NCBI GenBank assembly: GCA_036479435.1 | Contig: JAZGFI010000277.1 | Location: 1 to 64,000, forward strand | Length of the DNA stretch: 64,000 bases | Direction: 5' to 3' | From: Planctomycetota bacterium | GTDB taxonomy: Bacteria; Planctomycetota; GCA-002687715; DRQF01 | Shown: positions 59,866 to 64,000 of the stretch, in pieces | How positions within the stretch are numbered: position 1 is the first letter of the stretch | How the letters are laid out: each line of letters starts with the position of its first letter | Program-made: the position numbers and the translations under genes | Notes under the pieces: model-generated | Database searches by the model: none | The model's input: the letters and a program-made list of their open reading frames with translations, nothing else | Told to the model about the DNA's origin: nothing

Positions 59866-61200
59866 TTAGAAGCTGATTTTTTCGCGGATGAAGTTGGTCA
59901 GGTCGGCGATCTTCATGCGCTCCTGCAGCATCGAGTCGCGCTCTCGCACGGTCACCGTCTGGTCGGTCTTGCTGTCGAAGTCGACGGTGATGCAGAACGG
60001 AGTACCGATCTCGTCTTGACGGCGATAGCGCCGCCCGATGGCTCCACTTTGGTCGTAGTAGACCGAGGCGAAGCGGCTGAGTTCGTCTTCGATCTCACGG
60101 GCGATTTCCGGCAGGCCTTCTTTTTTGACCAGAGGGAAAATGCCGGCCTTGATCGGCGCCAGGCGTGGATCGAGGTGCAACACCGTCCGCGAATCGCCCT
60201 CTTCGAGTTCTTGCTCGTCGTAGGCATCGACCAAAAACGTCAAGCAGGCACGGTCGAGACCCAAGGCAGGCTCGATGACGTAGGGGAAGTAACGCTCTTT
60301 TTTCTGGTCATCGAAGAACTGCAGATCGCGGCCCGTCGCCTCAGAATGGCGCTTGAGATCAAAGTCCGTGCGGTTGGCAATCCCCTCGAGCTCTTTCCAG
60401 CCGAAGGGGAAGTGATACTCGACGTCGGCGCAGGCTTTTGAGTAGTGAGCCAACTCGTTTTTGCCGTGCTCACGCAGGCGCAAACGATCCTTGTTAACCC
60501 CGTGGCTCAAAAACCACTGAAAACGCTCGTCACGCCAGTACTCGTACCACTTGTCGGCTTCTTCCGGTGGTACGAAAAACTCCATTTCCATCTGCTCGAA
60601 TTCTCGACTGCGGAAGATGAAGTTCTCGGTGACGATCTCGTTGCGAAAGGACTTTCCCTGCTGTGCGATGCCAAAGGGCGGCTTCACGCGGGAAGTGTCG
60701 ACGACGTTCTTGAAGTTGACGAAGATCCCTTGGGCCGTTTCCGGACGCAAGTAAACTAGCGATTCCTGGCTCTCGACGGGCCCCATGTTCGTCTTGAACA
60801 TCAAGTTGAACTGTCGAGGTGAGGTCAGTTCTCCAGCACATTCGCCGGGGCGCTTGGAGGGTTTTTCGGGGCAGACTTGGCTTTCCAAAGTGTCGGCACG
60901 AAAACGCGCCTTGCACTTTTTACAGTCTACCAAGGGGTCATTGAACCCCGAGATGTGCCCGCTGGTCTCCCAGACCTTGGGGTGCATGAAGATACTGCAA
61001 TCGATGCCGACGACATCGCGTCGGGAGCGCACCATTCGGTGCCACCAGGCTTCCTTGACGTTGCGCTTGAACTCGACACCAAGGGGGCCGTAGTCCCAAC
61101 AGGACTTTAGACCGCCGTAGATCTCGCTACTGGGAAAAATGAAACCCCTTCGCTTCGAGAGCGAGACGAGTTTTTCCATGGTATCCGCGGGCTGTGCCAT
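59866..61200 (-). CDS. glyQS: Glycine--tRNA ligase (homodimeric type)
   Basis: KRRGF..SSEIYGG, DYGPLG, FNLMF, LRPETAQG, FRSREFEQME and IGRRYRRQDEIGTP motifs. Confidence 0.97.
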   Translation of the reverse strand: MAQPADTMEKLVSLSKRRGFIFPSSEIYGGLKSCWDYGPLGVEFKRNVKEAWWHRMVRSRRDVVGIDCSIFMHPKVWETSGHISGFNDPLVDCKKCKARFRADTLESQVCPEKPSKRPGECAGELTSPRQFNLMFKTNMGPVESQESLVYLRPETAQGIFVNFKNVVDTSRVKPPFGIAQQGKSFRNEIVTENFIFRSREFEQMEMEFFVPPEEADKWYEYWRDERFQWFLSHGVNKDRLRLREHGKNELAHYSKACADVEYHFPFGWKELEGIANRTDFDLKRHSEATGRDLQFFDDQKKERYFPYVIEPALGLDRACLTFLVDAYDEQELEEGDSRTVLHLDPRLAPIKAGIFPLVKKEGLPEIAREIEDELSRFASVYYDQSGAIGRRYRRQDEIGTPFCITVDFDSKTDQTVTVRERDSMLQERMKIADLTNFIREKISF

Positions 61201-61319
61201 GCTTCGCGACTTCCTACTAACCAATTGCCGTTTCAGGCTGCGACTGGACGCCGCCAAGGCCTGTGGGCAAGGCGAATTATGAGGATGCCGAGCGGCTCTT
61301 TCAACTGAACCTAGTGAAG

Positions 61320-62075
61320 CTATCGAACCGCTTGGGAAGCCCGGTAAGCAGCAGCAGCGGCGATGTGCGCCCGGAACAAGGCCAGATTGAAATCCAGGTT
61401 GTGGTAGGTGAGTTCAGGGTGCCATTGAACGGCATGGCAAAAACTGTGGCGAAGGCTCGACATCGCCTCCACGACGCCGTCCGTGGCCACGCCCGTGACC
61501 TCAAAGCCGTCCGCGACGGTTTTCACCGCTTGGTGGTGGTAGCTATTGACGCGTACCTTGGCATCGTTCGTCACTTTGTGCAGCCAGCTGCCCTCTTTGA
61601 CATCAACGCTGTGCGAGGGAAACTCTTCGGTGAGCTTTTGAAAATGCTGGTAGGTCTCGTCTTTGATCTGTGATTCGATGTCTTGCCACAAACTCCCGCC
61701 CGCAGCGACATTCAGGACCTGCATACCCCGGCAAATACCGAAAATGGGCATGTCGCGCTCGAGGGCCGATTTGGTGATGATCATCTCCGTGACATCGCGC
61801 AGCGGGTTGATCGCTTCGATGTTGTGATGGGGTTCTTCGCCGTAGTAGGCGGGATCGATGTCAAAACCACCGGTCAACAACAGGCCATCGCAAATCGAAA
61901 GCACCTGCTCCATCACGTCCTTAGTCTGACTGAGGGGCAAGATAACTGGGGAACCACCCGCCGCTTCCACCGCTTGGCAATAATTCATCGAGACGCCGAA
62001 CCGAGGGTAGGGGCGATCGTTGTGCGTGAAGTAGATCTTGCGAGATGACACGCCAATGATGGGTCGTCGGTTCAC
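61320..62075 (-). CDS. Gamma-glutamyl-gamma-aminobutyrate hydrolase family (peptidase C26, class I GAT)
   Basis: TGG.DIDP, GICRG, VNSYHHQ and QWHPE motifs. Confidence 0.92.
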   Translation of the reverse strand: MNRRPIIGVSSRKIYFTHNDRPYPRFGVSMNYCQAVEAAGGSPVILPLSQTKDVMEQVLSICDGLLLTGGFDIDPAYYGEEPHHNIEAINPLRDVTEMIITKSALERDMPIFGICRGMQVLNVAAGGSLWQDIESQIKDETYQHFQKLTEEFPSHSVDVKEGSWLHKVTNDAKVRVNSYHHQAVKTVADGFEVTGVATDGVVEAMSSLRHSFCHAVQWHPELTYHNLDFNLALFRAHIAAAAAYRASQAVR

Positions 62076-62157
62076 GATCGAGATTCCCCCTAATAAGTCG
62101 GTGACAAAATAGTTAAGGCCGTGTAAAAACTAACACGAGCCCCCCGCTGCACCCATA

Positions 62158-63396
62158 TCAGGGTCTTCGGCAAATCTGAGCATAAGCCTCGACAATCGGC
62201 TTCAAGTTGTTGCGCCACGACCGTTTCTGACTGACGTTGATACGGCCTTTCTTGCCTTCCTCGGCGAGATCCTCGTCGCTGCGATCCAAGGATTCGTTCA
62301 AGACGCGATCCATGTCCTCGGCCGAATCCGCGCGAAACGTCTGCCCCACTTCGCACTCGTCAAAGAGCTCCCGGATGCCACCTACATCACTTCCGGTCAC
62401 GACGCGTTCCATGGCCATGGCTTCCAGCGGCTTCAGCGGCGTGACCAATTCCGTCAGACGAGTCTTGTAGCGCGGGTAGCAAAAAACATCGATGAGCGCG
62501 TAGTGCGCTTGAACCTCGTCATGGGGGACGCGCCCCGGCATTACCACGAGGTCCTGAGCACCGCATTCTTCGATCGCTTTTTTGACGCGCGGCTCATCAT
62601 CACCTCCACCGATCAACAACAGCTTGAAGTCGTCGCGCGTTTTCTCGAGCCGCGCCGCCGACGCGACGAGTTCTGGCAGTCCTTCGTAGGTGAAAAAGGA
62701 CCCAATAAACCCAAGAATACGTTTTCCTTCGAGGCCGTACTTCGCGAGTAAGGCGGGGTCTTTTTCTCGCGGCACAAAAGTCTCAACCTCAACGCCGTTT
62801 TTCGAGATGAGGATTTTCTCCGCCGGGATGCCGCGGCTTTCCATGTCGCCGCGCAAGCCTTCGCAGATGCACACCAAGCGGTCCGCCTGCCGCGCCACCT
62901 TGGTTTCGAGCCGCTTCACCTGTGAGTAGACCAAGCCACCCTTGGTGATTTTGTGTTTGTCGACCGCATCGTCTTCCCAAAAGGCGCGAATCTCGTAGAA
63001 GACAGGAATACCCAACTCGCCACCAACTCTCAGCGCGGCCTGGCCGTTGAAAAATGGAGAGTGGGCGTGAATCAGGTCCGGATTGAACTTCAAGGCTACA
63101 TGCTTAAGCCGCGCCGCCATCGCTCCGGTCATGATGCACTCGCGCCAAAACGGCACTTTCAACTGCATCCGATCCGAAAAACCCTTGGGGATCGCGGTAC
63201 GGTGGAACTTGATGCCATCGAGAGTCTCCTCCATCGCGGCGAACTCGTCGTGCCGCGCAGACGTGACGACTTCTACTTCGATTCCCAGCTCTTGCTCCAC
63301 GCGCGCAATATAGCGACTCCGAAAGCTATAGCCGGAGTGCAGCGGAATCGAATGGTCGATGAGATGGAGGACTCTAAGCGGCCTGGGTTGTGACAT
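62158..63396 (-). CDS. GT4 glycosyltransferase (PEP-CTERM/exosortase-A-associated subfamily-like)
   Basis: HSIPLHSGYSFR, YEIRAFWEDDAV, GFIGSF..YEG and LVTPLKPLEAMA motifs. Confidence 0.9.
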   Translation of the reverse strand: MSQPRPLRVLHLIDHSIPLHSGYSFRSRYIARVEQELGIEVEVVTSARHDEFAAMEETLDGIKFHRTAIPKGFSDRMQLKVPFWRECIMTGAMAARLKHVALKFNPDLIHAHSPFFNGQAALRVGGELGIPVFYEIRAFWEDDAVDKHKITKGGLVYSQVKRLETKVARQADRLVCICEGLRGDMESRGIPAEKILISKNGVEVETFVPREKDPALLAKYGLEGKRILGFIGSFFTYEGLPELVASAARLEKTRDDFKLLLIGGGDDEPRVKKAIEECGAQDLVVMPGRVPHDEVQAHYALIDVFCYPRYKTRLTELVTPLKPLEAMAMERVVTGSDVGGIRELFDECEVGQTFRADSAEDMDRVLNESLDRSDEDLAEEGKKGRINVSQKRSWRNNLKPIVEAYAQICRRP

Positions 63397-63522
63397 AGAT
63401 GAATTCCCGGACTCGGGGTCGGCGATTTCCTTAGTGGCAGATGATCGGTCCATGCCCTCTTTTCGGGTTTTGTGCCGCGCAGAGACAAGATGGTCCGACG
63501 ATTTCTCTATGATGCCCGCCGT

Positions 63523-64000
63523 ATGCGATACACCGACAGCAAGTTAGCAAGATTCAGATGCCGCCTGCGCCTGGCAATTGCCCTGATTTTCGCCCCCGCC
63601 TTCATGCTCGTCTTGGGCACGGCCTGCACCAGTCCCCCGCCGAGCCTGCCGCCTGACTTACCCTTCGAGGCCGCCCTCAATCGCTGCTCTGAGAAAATCT
63701 CGGGCCGAGGCGATAGCCAGCCCCAGATCATCTACATCAAGGATCGGCATTCACTAAACCCCGGTTTTCATCGCCTGCGCCCACAGCTTCAAGCGGTCCA
63801 ACGTGACAACCGTCTGTTGGTCGACTACTTGGTCGCGCAGGGTTACACCTTACTCGGCTGCGAGTTTCGCTTTGGCGAGCTAAAAGAAGAGCCAGACACC
63901 AGACAGCAATTCCAAATCGTTCGCGGCCGACTCAAGTACGACCACCCCAACTACCTCGACGGCTTCAGCATTTTCCAGCCGATACGTCACCTCCTGGCGA
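63523..64000 (+). CDS. Partial lipoprotein (runs off the window end), possible EreA/ChaN/TIKI-like fold
   Basis: Open frame from the ATG at 63523: LGTAC lipobox, IIYIKDRH...Q...LVDYLVAQGYTLLGCE. Not in the ORF track because it has no stop in the window. Confidence 0.65.
   Translation, partial: MRYTDSKLARFRCRLRLAIALIFAPAFMLVLGTACTSPPPSLPPDLPFEAALNRCSEKISGRGDSQPQIIYIKDRHSLNPGFHRLRPQLQAVQRDNRLLVDYLVAQGYTLLGCEFRFGELKEEPDTRQQFQIVRGRLKYDHPNYLDGFSIFQPIRHLLA

Noticed and set aside
1..64000. CRISPR arrays, tRNA/rRNA, prophage, integrase, retron or reverse transcriptase
   Set aside because: No regularly spaced repeats, cloverleaf-like segments or diagnostic motifs were seen by eye; short ncRNAs in intergenic gaps (7554-8039, 57224-57673) cannot be excluded without an Infernal/Rfam scan.

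Overview
High-GC bacterial chromosomal window with no rRNA, tRNA or CRISPR array that I can see. Gene content (DUF1080, DUF1573, HEAT lipoproteins, c554-type multiheme cytochromes, homodimeric GlyQS, floA/nfeD, many orphan secreted proteins) suggests an uncultivated Planctomycetota lineage; this is inference only. The left end holds a decayed ISL3 transposase, a Fur-like box, a CPA1 antiporter, a lower-GC two-gene toxin/antitoxin-like cassette, and a doubly disrupted Tat Gfo/Idh/MocA gene coupled to a tandem DUF1080 gene. From 29.7 kb down to 9.4 kb every gene is on the minus strand: NUDIX, ABC-type binding protein, histidine kinase, sigma54 regulator, small secreted protein, TMTC-like GT-C, DUF1573, UshA-like/CGC tetraheme cytochrome, Fe(III)-type ABC transporter with an atypical binding protein, pentaheme cytochrome, HEAT lipoprotein, Thr-type sulfatase-fold enzyme and FG-GAP protein. 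The right half carries nfeD-nfeD-floA, lolC/E-lolD, a ~1900 aa Ser/Thr kinase-STAND-TPR-GAF-HK-REC protein divergent from polA-prs, an M14 peptidase, an O-antigen-ligase/TPR protein, a kelch lipoprotein, a perfect 75 bp palindrome, glyQS, a C26 amidohydrolase and a GT4. The best candidates for undescribed systems are the cytochrome-ABC-cytochrome metal module, the TA-like cassette, the giant hybrid kinase and the REPIN-like palindrome. All family calls come from motif recognition by eye; no searches were run.
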